DNA of 63,996 nucleotides, filler included, from a bacterium (GTDB lineage: Bacteria; JAMOTN01), in assembly GCA_027062325.1 (NCBI GenBank). It is 3 parts of 3 records of this genome, joined end to end, with 100 filler letters (N's around TTAATTAATTAA, not from the genome) between each part and the next. Parts side by side here need not be neighbours in the genome. Positions count along the whole stretch, not along the records: positions 44,773 to 63,996 come from JAMOTN010000072.1; 2 more parts are not named here. One strand, written 5' to 3'. Each line of letters opens with the position of its first letter. The stretch's first letter is position 1. This document shows, in pieces, positions 45,120 through 54,883 of this stretch. The position numbers were made by a program, and so were the translations under genes. The notes below the pieces were generated by a model. That model was not told where the DNA came from and did no database searches. It was given only the letters and a program-made list of their open reading frames with translations.

Positions 45120-46655
45120 ATGGGAAAAGGAGTGTTTTTTGGTTTGGTGCTGGTGTTTTGGTGTGGAGTAGTTCTTGCTGATAGTTACTATTCAGATTTA
45201 AAAAAGACTCCAAGTTATTTAATCTTTCTCAAGAGATGGGGAATAATGATTGGATATCCTGATGGCACTTTCAGGGGAGAAAAAACTGCCAGTAAATTTG
45301 AAGTAGCAGCTTCCATATGGAGAATGTCAAATTATTTGGAGATTCAAAGGGAGTATCCCCCTATAAAGCCAAAAGGATTTGAAGATTTAATAAATGAGTT
45401 GAATGGACGCTTAGCTCTGTTGCAGAGAAATATGGTTAATATTAGAGGCGATTATAAGAAAAGTAGGATTGAAAGGGTTTTTGAGTATTTGAGTGGCTGG
45501 TATGGCTTAGATGATTATCATTTTCAGGAGCTAAGGAATAAAGTTGCTTTAAAGTTTTCAGGCGAAAGAGATGATATAAGGTTTTATGTTCAGGGGAAGA
45601 TGCAAAAAGATTTAGCAGATGGAAAGGATACTTTGGGAGTTTTAAAGTTGGATAAATGGTATGTTGGATTGAAGAATTTACGTTTGGATTTGTTTTACGA
45701 TTACATTACTAAAATTGGGTTTATGCCTAAAGGAGTTCTTGCTGGATATTTTGATTTTTTAACTTGGTTGAAGCCCAAAGGGGCTGTTGGGGTTGAGTTT
45801 GGAAAGTTCAGAGTTCTGTTCACGTTGGGGGAAGATAAATTTGAGGCTGGGAAAAGAACCAAAGATCTCCAAAGTTGGGGGGGATTTTACAATTTGAAAA
45901 GTAACAAAGGAATGTTAAATGTACTAGTATGGCAAAAGTTAGATTCGGTAGGAGCAAAGTATAGGTTAGATCCGGTATTTTGGGGGTTGAACTACAGGAA
46001 GGATTTTAGGAATAAAAAAGTAGTTTATAGATTTTATTTATCTTTGTGGCACGAGGAGGGAAATGATAGTAGTTTTGAAAAAGCGGTAAATGATTTTGAT
46101 TTTACCTCTTCAAAGTATTTAAGGAGCATCAATCTCACTAATTATAAAGCAGATATGAGTCTTGCTTATAATATTGGAATGGCATTTGAGAGCCAAAAGA
46201 ATTCTTTGAGAGTATTTTATTACTCTTCAGATAAGGATTTTGCTGCTCCGATTCCTGAATTGGGAGTTTTCAAAACTTGGAGAAGCCTGCCTTCAAAAGG
46301 ATTAAATGCAATACCTGTGGGTAGCTTTTGGGGCTACTGTGTAAAGAAGAAAAACGATGATAGCATTTATTTAAATCCGTATGTTTATACGAATGTTGAT
46401 AAGTTTTGGTTTAACTGGGATTATAGGGTGAATAATAGGGTTTTATGGCGTCTATTTTATGAAAATTTTGAGCAAGCTGAGGAAAATGCCTTTATTGAGC
46501 ATGCAGATTTTGACAGTTATGGAATTGTTTTTGACTATACTTACAGTAAAAATGTGAAGCTTTACTTTTATGTATCTAAGTATGAATTTGATGAGAGTGA
46601 ATACAAAGACTACGCGAAAGTTGGTTTACAGTGTGAGGTTAAATTCAAACTGTGA
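45120..46655 (+). CDS. SLH-domain outer-membrane beta-barrel protein (OmpM-like)
   Basis: Signal peptide; SLH motif LKRWGIMIGYPDGTFRGEKTASKFEVA; short coiled coil; aromatic-rich alternating beta strands ending VKFKL. Confidence 0.75.
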   Translation: MGKGVFFGLVLVFWCGVVLADSYYSDLKKTPSYLIFLKRWGIMIGYPDGTFRGEKTASKFEVAASIWRMSNYLEIQREYPPIKPKGFEDLINELNGRLALLQRNMVNIRGDYKKSRIERVFEYLSGWYGLDDYHFQELRNKVALKFSGERDDIRFYVQGKMQKDLADGKDTLGVLKLDKWYVGLKNLRLDLFYDYITKIGFMPKGVLAGYFDFLTWLKPKGAVGVEFGKFRVLFTLGEDKFEAGKRTKDLQSWGGFYNLKSNKGMLNVLVWQKLDSVGAKYRLDPVFWGLNYRKDFRNKKVVYRFYLSLWHEEGNDSSFEKAVNDFDFTSSKYLRSINLTNYKADMSLAYNIGMAFESQKNSLRVFYYSSDKDFAAPIPELGVFKTWRSLPSKGLNAIPVGSFWGYCVKKKNDDSIYLNPYVYTNVDKFWFNWDYRVNNRVLWRLFYENFEQAEENAFIEHADFDSYGIVFDYTYSKNVKLYFYVSKYEFDESEYKDYAKVGLQCEVKFKL

Positions 46656-46700
46656 TAAAATCTAAATGTGAATTAAAGTGAAAAATCGGAGGGATGTGAG

Positions 46701-47609
46701 GTGAAGATGGTGGGGAAGTTTTTTATGTGGATTGCGACAGTTGCAGGGTCCATTTTTGCATGGAGTTGGTTGAATCCTAAGGATAAGAAGGTGGCTGAGG
46801 ATCTTTCAGAGATTGAAAATGCTTATGAAAAGTATGGGGCTGATTCGGCTTTAGCTCAGTTTTTGGTATCAAGTGATGCAGAGGGAGCAGCAATTTTTGT
46901 TTATTCTGAGGAAGAGGAGAACTTTGTTAAGGTAGCAAAGAGCGGAGTAGAGGTTGGAGAAGTTAACAAGCATAAGATGGATTTATCACAACCTTTAAGT
47001 CTGAAACGTGGAGATTACGATGTCAGACTTTGGCCTGTTAGAAGAAATGATGTGGTGGTAGCTGTGGTGGCAGTTGCAGCTGATGGAACTACTTTTGAGG
47101 TTTACTTACCTCTTTTGAAAATGATGGCTCTTTCTGAATACATGGCTTATACCCTTAACCATGTGAAGGGTGTGGATGAAGTTTTACAAGTTTACACTCA
47201 GGCTCACTTTGAGAAAGTTTTGAAAAGAGAACTTGAAAGGGCAGAGAGGCAGCATGGAACTTTGACTTTGTTGTTTGTAGAGGCAGCAGAGGAATTGACT
47301 CCAGAGCAAAATAAAGCTGTTGTTGATAAACTTCGTAAATCGACTAGAATCTTAGATGTTATATTCTCACTTGGGAATAGATTTGCAGTCATATTGAGTG
47401 AGGCTGGAGAAGAGGAAGCTGCTAGAGTCGCAGATAGATTGATATCAGAGCTTTCAAAACTTGAATTGCCGCAAATATATTTAGGCAGTGCTACGTATCC
47501 TGCAGATACCACTGTTCAGCAGAATTTGGAAGATGCGGCTATGGAGGCTTTGAAAACTGCAAAAGAGAGGGGGGTAAAGTACGTTAAGTACTCAGAGCTT
47601 TACAGATAG
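46701..47609 (+). CDS. membrane-anchored protein with degenerate GGDEF domain
   Basis: D.VLQVYTQAHFEKVLKRELERAER...LTLLFV, R..DVIFSLGNRFAVIL and IYLGSATYP; active-site GGDEF replaced by LGNRF. Confidence 0.75.
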   Translation: MKMVGKFFMWIATVAGSIFAWSWLNPKDKKVAEDLSEIENAYEKYGADSALAQFLVSSDAEGAAIFVYSEEEENFVKVAKSGVEVGEVNKHKMDLSQPLSLKRGDYDVRLWPVRRNDVVVAVVAVAADGTTFEVYLPLLKMMALSEYMAYTLNHVKGVDEVLQVYTQAHFEKVLKRELERAERQHGTLTLLFVEAAEELTPEQNKAVVDKLRKSTRILDVIFSLGNRFAVILSEAGEEEAARVADRLISELSKLELPQIYLGSATYPADTTVQQNLEDAAMEALKTAKERGVKYVKYSELYR

Positions 47610-47616
47610 AGGAAAG

Positions 47617-48414
47617 TTAAAGGATTGATTGAAAAATTAGCTTTAACCAAGCATAGGATGATGGTATAAGGCGTTTAATACGTTGGGGTTGGTGGATAAT
47701 TCTCCAGAGCCACTCAGCCCCTTTTTCTTGCCATGATTTGGGAGCTCTTTTTACTTCACCCGCTATTACGTCAATCGTTCCTCCAACTGCGAGAATAATG
47801 GGAAAAAAAATTGGTGACTTAGTGTTTAAAAGGGATTTCACCTCAAAGTTTTTTTTAAGTTTATATGAAAAAAGCTCTTGTTTAAAAGCTCCCATTCCGC
47901 AAATAATGATGAACGGATTTGTGTTATTGAGTTCCCAAACTTTCATAATATTTTCAATTATTTGATTTTCTTCTTTAGAGTGTGGCTTAAAATAACCGTG
48001 GTGATAATATAACACTTTTTTTCCTTTTTCTTGTAGTTTGGATATGGCTTTTATCAGAACTTCTTCCTTTGAGCCCACTAAAATGAGTTGTGTGTTTGAG
48101 AGTTGGATTAGTTTGAAAGTTAAATCTACCCCCGTAGTTCTTTCAGTCGAGTTTAGTATTTTGCTATTCTTAAAATTTTGTATTAGTTTTAAAAATTTTA
48201 CAACGGACATACCATCAGGAAGTAGAAAATCTGCATTTGCGTATAGAGAGAATAATTCAGGAATATTCATAACTTTTGGAAATGTTGTGAAGTCCACAGA
48301 AAAAACACTAACGAATTTTTCTTTACTCTTTTTTATAAGCTTTCTTGCTAATTCATCGGTTTTTCCTGAAAACCAGTTTAATTGTTTAAGTTGTGTTAAA
48401 AAATTATTTGTCAT
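47617..48414 (-). CDS. WecB/TagA/CpsF family glycosyltransferase
   Basis: ADFLLPDGMSVV, ERTTGVDL, HHGYF, GMGAFKQE, VGGTIDVIAG..KRAP and EWLWRI..QPQR. Confidence 0.88.
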   Translation of the reverse strand: MTNNFLTQLKQLNWFSGKTDELARKLIKKSKEKFVSVFSVDFTTFPKVMNIPELFSLYANADFLLPDGMSVVKFLKLIQNFKNSKILNSTERTTGVDLTFKLIQLSNTQLILVGSKEEVLIKAISKLQEKGKKVLYYHHGYFKPHSKEENQIIENIMKVWELNNTNPFIIICGMGAFKQELFSYKLKKNFEVKSLLNTKSPIFFPIILAVGGTIDVIAGEVKRAPKSWQEKGAEWLWRIIHQPQRIKRLIPSSYAWLKLIFQSIL

Positions 48415-49697
48415 ACCTTACTCCTTAAATTTTCCTTATTTTCTTCATTTAGAGAAGCAATTTTCAACTTTAAACCTTCTCTTCCAATAACTTTTACTTT
48501 ATCTCCGGGTTTGAGAGAAGAGGTATCAGATGTTGCTATGGCTTCCCAAAGTGTCCCATCCCAAAAAACTTTGAGTTTTGGAATAACTTCTTCAACGGTT
48601 GCTTCGCCTTTGGCTTCGTAAACTTCTGAGTGTCTTGGACGTGATTTTATTATCAGATACACCATAGTGGCTATTGCCAGTGCGAAAAAAATTGCAATTG
48701 GTATGAAGAATTTGTAGAGTGAAAAGGAAGCAGGAAGAAGAATAGCTGATCCTATTACAAAAGATATTATTCCTAGAATTCCAAGTATTCCAAAGCTTGG
48801 GATGGACATCTCAGCCACTGCAAAAAACGCTGCTAAGAGTATTAGAGCAACTCCAAAGTAGTTTACAGGAAGACTGTTTAGACCGTATAGAGCTACTATT
48901 ATGCACATTGCTCCCAACGTGCCTGCAATGAGTGAAGGAGTGAAAAATTCGAGGATGAGAAGAAGAGCCCCCAATGATAGGAGTTGATATGCAATTTCTG
49001 GTTTTGCTATCCACATTAGAAATTTTTCAGTGGCTGTTGGAGTGAATTCTACAAGTTTTACTTCGAATCCAACAAAATGCTTAGCAACTTCTTCGGGTGA
49101 ATTTGATATAAACGAGATGAGTTGAGCTTTCAATGCTTCTGTAGCTGTTAGAGTTTTACTATTCCTTATTAGTTGCCAAAGCAATTCTTCGTCCTCTTTT
49201 GTAACTAGTTTTTTTGTTTCCCAAAATGCTTTCAATGTGTTGAATAAAAACTGTTCTGTTTTTTGTTTCAAGGATTTTTTTAAGTCCTTACCACTGAGTT
49301 GGATTGGTGTAATACCGCCTATTATTGTGTGAGGAGCAGCAGATGAGTAGTGGCCTGCAAGAAGCAGTATTACTCCTGCTGAAAATGCACTGGCTCCTTC
49401 GGGATAAACCATAGTCATTGTTGTAATTTGATCATCACGTAACAATTTGCCGATTTCTACTGCGGATTCTATGAGGCCTCCTGGTGTATCAAAAGCAAAT
49501 AGTAGGTAATTAAAATGTTTTGTCTTTGCATAATTTATTGCTCGCTTTAAAAAATCTGTGAGCGCAGGCGTAATAGCTCCAGAGTATTTTACAAATAGCA
49601 CTCTAACTGTCCCTGAATTGCTTGCTCCAATAGTTTGAATGGGTGATGTTAAAAAGAGTACTATGAGAACAAGTATAAGCTTACCTGATAACTTCAA
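48411..49697 (-). CDS. nfeD: NfeD long form (ClpP-class serine protease domain, TM region and OB-fold)
   Basis: DTPGGLIES, ASAFSAG (catalytic Ser), LTATEAL, LE.FTP TM block and C-terminal GTLWEA...GDKVKVIGREGL. Confidence 0.85.
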   Translation of the reverse strand: MKLSGKLILVLIVLFLTSPIQTIGASNSGTVRVLFVKYSGAITPALTDFLKRAINYAKTKHFNYLLFAFDTPGGLIESAVEIGKLLRDDQITTMTMVYPEGASAFSAGVILLLAGHYSSAAPHTIIGGITPIQLSGKDLKKSLKQKTEQFLFNTLKAFWETKKLVTKEDEELLWQLIRNSKTLTATEALKAQLISFISNSPEEVAKHFVGFEVKLVEFTPTATEKFLMWIAKPEIAYQLLSLGALLLILEFFTPSLIAGTLGAMCIIVALYGLNSLPVNYFGVALILLAAFFAVAEMSIPSFGILGILGIISFVIGSAILLPASFSLYKFFIPIAIFFALAIATMVYLIIKSRPRHSEVYEAKGEATVEEVIPKLKVFWDGTLWEAIATSDTSSLKPGDKVKVIGREGLKLKIASLNEENKENLRSKV

Positions 49698-51297
49698 ATT
49701 CCCATCTCACCTCTTCTTGAAGCCATACGCCATCTTTTGACTTTACAGAGTGGGGAAGAAGCCTTACCATGTATTTTCCAGTTTTTAGGGGGAGGAGTGG
49801 TTTGAAATACACCCCGTACTTATCAGTTGTGACTTTACCAATTACTGGAGTTATATCAGGTAATTTGTAAACTTTGAATTTAACAGCAATGTCCTTACTT
49901 GCTTCTATCTCATCTTCGAATATTACTCTTATGGTAGTTGAAGAGAGGACGACTTTTCCAGTTGGATAGTACTTCTTGACTTTGGGAGGTGTAGGAGTAT
50001 TTGATTCCTTTCTAAAATCCTTTGTTTCGGCGTACTCTTCAAGTTTTTTATAACTTTTAGCTAGGACATTTCGAACAAGAAGTGTAATTTCCGAAGTTGG
50101 TGGAAATTTGATGGTTACAGACCTTGTGCCAACTTTTGCTCTTTTCCAACGAATCAATTTATTAGATGCAATAAGACGAACAGTAAGCCAGTTTACAGTC
50201 GCAGGTAAAATTGGCTCTGTGAATATTACAGTAACGGAGTTTGTGCTCCACTTGACTTCTTGAACTTGGAATTTCTTTGGATAGGAGAAGAAGCGCCAGA
50301 TTTTCTCGGAGAGGTGCCTTCCTGTTAGATCAGTTATATCGCTTGATAATACTAATTTAAAGCTTTTCCCTTTGATTTCTTTTATGAAAGGAGTAATGTA
50401 GAGAATTTGCTTTTCCATGTTATATAGAAGTTTCGAATAAATTGGCTCATTATCTGCGAAAAAGGCTACAGTAGTTGAATTTAAAGTTTCTGGTTCGACG
50501 GGGGCTGAAAAAAGAACTTCTATGGTGGATAGAGAATCAATGTTTGAATTTGGTTTGGGCTTTATTAGTTTTGCGTCAAATACGGTATTTGAAGCAGAGC
50601 GTGATAATAACCAAAAGCTCCAAGAGATAGGTGTACCCAGTTTGTTTCCAGCTTCATCAGCAAGTTTTCCTGAAACAGTTATGGTGTACATATCGGGAGG
50701 TAGAGATGTGAACGGAATAAATTTGAGAGTTAGCTCTTCTGGGATCCAGACTATTTTACCCGGAATACGAATACCTTTTGAATTTTTTAGGGTTATGGCA
50801 TTTTGATCAAGACTATCTCTAGACAAAGTTTCAGAAAAGACAACTTTTATCTCTGATAAAGAAAGAACTTTATCTCCTACTGATGGGAAAGTTTCGAGAA
50901 CAATTGGAGGAATGGTATCCTGCTTGACTACAGTATAGAAAGAGAAGAAAAATTCCTTTCTAAGTTTCTCACCTGTTTCTGCAGTTATGTCCGGTTTTAT
51001 AATCAGAGTGTATTTTTTGTTTTCCTCAAGAGGAGATATTGGTTTTATAAAAATTTCGTTGGGATCGTTAGGATTTTTTGAGACGTTACACTGTATGTAG
51101 GTTTCAGGAATTTTTAATGAAAAGTACCAATCGTTTAGATAACTGTCTTTTATTGGTGAATCAAACCTTATCTTTATTACCACATCGAGTGGAACATTGA
51201 TTTGACCGTCCTGCGGATAAGTTGAGACGACGCGTAATGCCCAAATGTGGGCTGAAAATAGTAAAATTAAAAGCAAAATTACTTTACTTCTCTCCAT
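49681..51297 (-). CDS. secreted Ig-like (Big_5-type) repeat protein
   Basis: Signal peptide; VVSTYPQDGQINVPLDVVIKIRFDSPI, DTIPPIVLETFP and LADEAGNKL...SWSF repeats. Confidence 0.8.
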   Translation of the reverse strand: MERSKVILLLILLFSAHIWALRVVSTYPQDGQINVPLDVVIKIRFDSPIKDSYLNDWYFSLKIPETYIQCNVSKNPNDPNEIFIKPISPLEENKKYTLIIKPDITAETGEKLRKEFFFSFYTVVKQDTIPPIVLETFPSVGDKVLSLSEIKVVFSETLSRDSLDQNAITLKNSKGIRIPGKIVWIPEELTLKFIPFTSLPPDMYTITVSGKLADEAGNKLGTPISWSFWLLSRSASNTVFDAKLIKPKPNSNIDSLSTIEVLFSAPVEPETLNSTTVAFFADNEPIYSKLLYNMEKQILYITPFIKEIKGKSFKLVLSSDITDLTGRHLSEKIWRFFSYPKKFQVQEVKWSTNSVTVIFTEPILPATVNWLTVRLIASNKLIRWKRAKVGTRSVTIKFPPTSEITLLVRNVLAKSYKKLEEYAETKDFRKESNTPTPPKVKKYYPTGKVVLSSTTIRVIFEDEIEASKDIAVKFKVYKLPDITPVIGKVTTDKYGVYFKPLLPLKTGKYMVRLLPHSVKSKDGVWLQEEVRWEFEVIR

Positions 51298-54200
51298 AGT
51301 TTGTATTTCTCACCTGCCCATTTGATTCTGTATTTGAATTTTAATGAATTTACTCTTATGATCGCAGTTTTTTCGTCGGTTGCTATAATTCTAAACTCGG
51401 GGATTTCCTCTGAATCAAGGGAGGTAATGTTTACAGGTTTTAGCTTTTCAAATAGATTTGCGTTATTTGATAAGAGGTGAACTGTTAAGGATACGGGGAA
51501 AGAGTTTTCAGCTGTAGATTTAGAAATCTCAATCTTTTCTATTTTAAAGTTAGGTTCTACTGTTCTGCCAGCAACTTTTAAATGCGGTAATACGTAATGG
51601 CTTTCTGACATTATGGTATCAACAGTTAATACAAAGCTTCCGACATAATCTTCAGGAAGGTGCAGTATTAAATTGTTGCCATTTATTTCTATATTTGCAT
51701 CTTCAACACCTTCTCTTGTTATGAGACGTGCAGATTCAAAGCGTTTGATTTTGTCGTTAAAGGATATTATAAGTTCTCCACCAATGTCACATTTTCTAGA
51801 TTTGGGAATTATGGACAAAAGCTTTAATTTTCTCCCAATCCAAACTTGCCATTTGTAGTTTTCTTTTTTGGCTTTCCTTATCCAAGAAAGTGATATGACA
51901 TTTTTGCCGGGATTGAATTTTACATCTTCTGCTGTTAACACTTCGTTCCAAAGGTAGAAATCGGTTATTGGTGAACCATTCACCTTTAGGTGAATATCTC
52001 TAGGGGTTTCTCTAAATTTGACGATTATTCGAGATGCACTTTCAACTCTACCCGTTGGATGTAAACTTATAATATTTACGGGTTCTATAACATTGAACGA
52101 AGCTTTAGCTTCTTTTAATGTTTGGCCATACTTATCCTTGATGTTTTCCATTATTATATTAGCTTCCCCTCCAAATTTAATCATAGGAAGTTTTATGGAA
52201 ACTATGGCATAAGATATGTTGATATTTTTCTTATCAACATTTATGTCAAAGTTGTCGGTTTGGACTTTAACAGAGTCTATTGTTTCTACTGGATTTGAGA
52301 ATACAAATACTACTTTAGAATACTGGGGAAGCAGTGTTCCTTCTTTAGGGATGACTCTGACCACCTTTAATGGAGATATGACTGTAAAATGCCAGGATTT
52401 AGTGTACTCTTGTCCGCTTTCATTTGTCCATTTCAAAACTATGACGTTATCTCCTTCTAATACCACATCATCAATGGAGAAGTTAACAGCTTTTCTATTA
52501 TAGAACTTATATTCTACTCCGTTAACGATGACTTTTAAAGATTTAAATTTACGGGAGAATGCAAACTTTGCTTGAACGGGTTTAAGAACTTTTCCAACGG
52601 GGTAGAAGCTTAGGAGTTTTATAGGAAGCTTTTCATACATTCTGTTTTCTATGACTTTAAAAAATGGGTGCTGCATCTTTCCACCTGTTGTTGATACTAA
52701 CCCACTTATGGTTAATTTTACATATTTCGAATATATTGGATTGAGTGGAATTATCTCGATTAGACGTGGATCTACAAATTGTATATCGCACTTTATTGGT
52801 TCGTTTTTATCAGTTGTGAGACGAACGGTTATAGGATTTACACTTTCGGCAATGACAGATGTGGAAAGTTTGACAAAGAGTTTTGAGCGTAAAACTTTGG
52901 GATATACGGCAATTACTTGTGGAATCTGAGGTGGTTTACGTTTTTTCACCGTGAATGAGTATTTAAAGCCATCGAATCTTGATGAATCATATGCTATGAA
53001 ACCAGCATCTATTGAAATCGTGTATTTACCAGGTTTCTGATCAAATTTTATAGCAATGGTTCTGTCTTCTGGCTGTTCAACTTTAAATCTGACAAGCTCC
53101 GTTTCATTTCTAACCACACTTACGAGTTTTGATACTGCCGATAGAACGACAGGTTTATTAAAAGTTATGTGGCACTCAAATCCTGGGAATACTTTAGATT
53201 CGTTAGTAGGAGAAAATTCAACAACAAATGTTTTTTCAAGTATTTTAAGGAAGTTAAAGCTCCAACTTATAGCGTGATCTAACATTGTAAAGTCCCTTGC
53301 TTGTATTACTGGTTTTATATCTACTCTGTAGCGCCCTTCCTTATAGTCATATGGATAAAATTTTAGGCAATTCTTTTCTATTACCCATCGTCCGGGGACT
53401 TTTAGGCCATTTGCTAACGTAACAGTGGCTGCATCTTTGGGAATGAAAAAGTTAAGGCGTTTGTTGAAGCAAATACTTATTGTGAATGAGTTTGCCCGAA
53501 GAGTTCCTGTGGGAGAAAAAGCTATAACTTTTAAAGGTGTTTTGTTTTCTACACGCTCAGTTTTCCAGTGGAATTTCATGATTTTTAGGTCACCTGTGAT
53601 TGGTTTGAGATCCAGAAGTAAGGTATAGTCTGTATCTGGAGCTAAAGTTACTAGGGGTTTTATTACAATGGCAGACAAGCTTTTAACCCAAGTTACTGAT
53701 AAGGGAACATTTTGGTTCTGGTTTTTCAATTGTACGTATTTATCAAGAGATGTCATAGAAAGTGGTGGCTTGGAGAGGAATATCATTATTGTTGGTTTTA
53801 AGGGAAGGGTTTCTGTAGGTTTAGGAGATACATTTAAAATTCTACCATGCCAAGTTTGTTTGGTTGAGAAAGACCAGGAGAAATTATAGCCCATTTTGTT
53901 GCCAGCTAGGTCTTTTATCTTATTACCTCGAATGAGGACAGTATAGTTGGAGGAACTTTTGAGGATACCTGTATCTAGTATTATAGCTTTATTTTCAACT
54001 TTAAAGTTTACTTCTTTAGTGGATTTTGAATTTTCTATGAAAAGTACGGCCCCTTTTTCAGCTTTTATTTTTTCTGAAAAGATTGCGAAAATTTTTGGGT
54101 TTATAGGAATATTTTGAGAATTTGGTGCAGGAGAAGTTTTAATTATTTTTGGAGGAGTTGTATCAAAGAGAGAGTAATCAAGAATCACACTTTTTTGTAA

Positions 54201-54878
54201 AAAAGCCCCACTTTTGGATTTAGTCAATCTATTTACTACAACTCGCAGATTGAAGCGGGTTTTACAACGCCACACAATAACTTTCCCATTGATTTTGTAT
54301 TCTCCTTTTATGCGCTTGTTATTAGAGATGAATATTACTTCTGCAGAACTTAGTGGTTCATCAAATGTAATTTGTCCGTTGATAATGGGAGATGTTATCT
54401 CTTCATAGACAGAAGGATAGTGAGATATCTTTGAAAAGAAATGTTTTGGCAATTTTACAGGAGAAGCTATTTCTTCAACATAATCTTTCTCTAAAGTATT
54501 TCCGTACTCTGAGCGTAAAAGGGCAGAGGAGATTATAAGAGTAAAATTACCAAACATATGCGTTGATGGGAGTAAAACAACAGTTGTAGGAGAAGATTGG
54601 GAAATCCAAAAAGTATAATCGACAGGATTGGCAGTTTCATCTATGAGCATTATTGCTGTTTGTATGCTGGAAGGATCGGGAGGTTGAGAAAATTTTATAA
54701 AAACTTTATCTAATGTTCCGTTGTAATATTTGGGTGTAACTGAAATTACGTAAAATTCGGGTGTAGAAGATATAACTTTAGTGTAAAAAATGGACAGTGC
54801 AAATATCAATAATAACGGTATAAATGAATTTTTAATTGGCTTCCTGTATCCAACCTTCACAACTTTCCTCCTCTCCAT
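51279..54878 (-). CDS. large secreted or membrane-anchored Ig-like (Big_5-type) repeat protein
   Basis: N-terminal TM/signal; DTTPPKIIKTSPAPNSQNIPIN..I.AIFSE and IKDLAGNKM..NFSWSFST; about 10 similar beta-sandwich units. Confidence 0.8.
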   Translation of the reverse strand: MERRKVVKVGYRKPIKNSFIPLLLIFALSIFYTKVISSTPEFYVISVTPKYYNGTLDKVFIKFSQPPDPSSIQTAIMLIDETANPVDYTFWISQSSPTTVVLLPSTHMFGNFTLIISSALLRSEYGNTLEKDYVEEIASPVKLPKHFFSKISHYPSVYEEITSPIINGQITFDEPLSSAEVIFISNNKRIKGEYKINGKVIVWRCKTRFNLRVVVNRLTKSKSGAFLQKSVILDYSLFDTTPPKIIKTSPAPNSQNIPINPKIFAIFSEKIKAEKGAVLFIENSKSTKEVNFKVENKAIILDTGILKSSSNYTVLIRGNKIKDLAGNKMGYNFSWSFSTKQTWHGRILNVSPKPTETLPLKPTIMIFLSKPPLSMTSLDKYVQLKNQNQNVPLSVTWVKSLSAIVIKPLVTLAPDTDYTLLLDLKPITGDLKIMKFHWKTERVENKTPLKVIAFSPTGTLRANSFTISICFNKRLNFFIPKDAATVTLANGLKVPGRWVIEKNCLKFYPYDYKEGRYRVDIKPVIQARDFTMLDHAISWSFNFLKILEKTFVVEFSPTNESKVFPGFECHITFNKPVVLSAVSKLVSVVRNETELVRFKVEQPEDRTIAIKFDQKPGKYTISIDAGFIAYDSSRFDGFKYSFTVKKRKPPQIPQVIAVYPKVLRSKLFVKLSTSVIAESVNPITVRLTTDKNEPIKCDIQFVDPRLIEIIPLNPIYSKYVKLTISGLVSTTGGKMQHPFFKVIENRMYEKLPIKLLSFYPVGKVLKPVQAKFAFSRKFKSLKVIVNGVEYKFYNRKAVNFSIDDVVLEGDNVIVLKWTNESGQEYTKSWHFTVISPLKVVRVIPKEGTLLPQYSKVVFVFSNPVETIDSVKVQTDNFDINVDKKNINISYAIVSIKLPMIKFGGEANIIMENIKDKYGQTLKEAKASFNVIEPVNIISLHPTGRVESASRIIVKFRETPRDIHLKVNGSPITDFYLWNEVLTAEDVKFNPGKNVISLSWIRKAKKENYKWQVWIGRKLKLLSIIPKSRKCDIGGELIISFNDKIKRFESARLITREGVEDANIEINGNNLILHLPEDYVGSFVLTVDTIMSESHYVLPHLKVAGRTVEPNFKIEKIEISKSTAENSFPVSLTVHLLSNNANLFEKLKPVNITSLDSEEIPEFRIIATDEKTAIIRVNSLKFKYRIKWAGEKYKLWREVK

Positions 54879-54883
54879 AAAAG

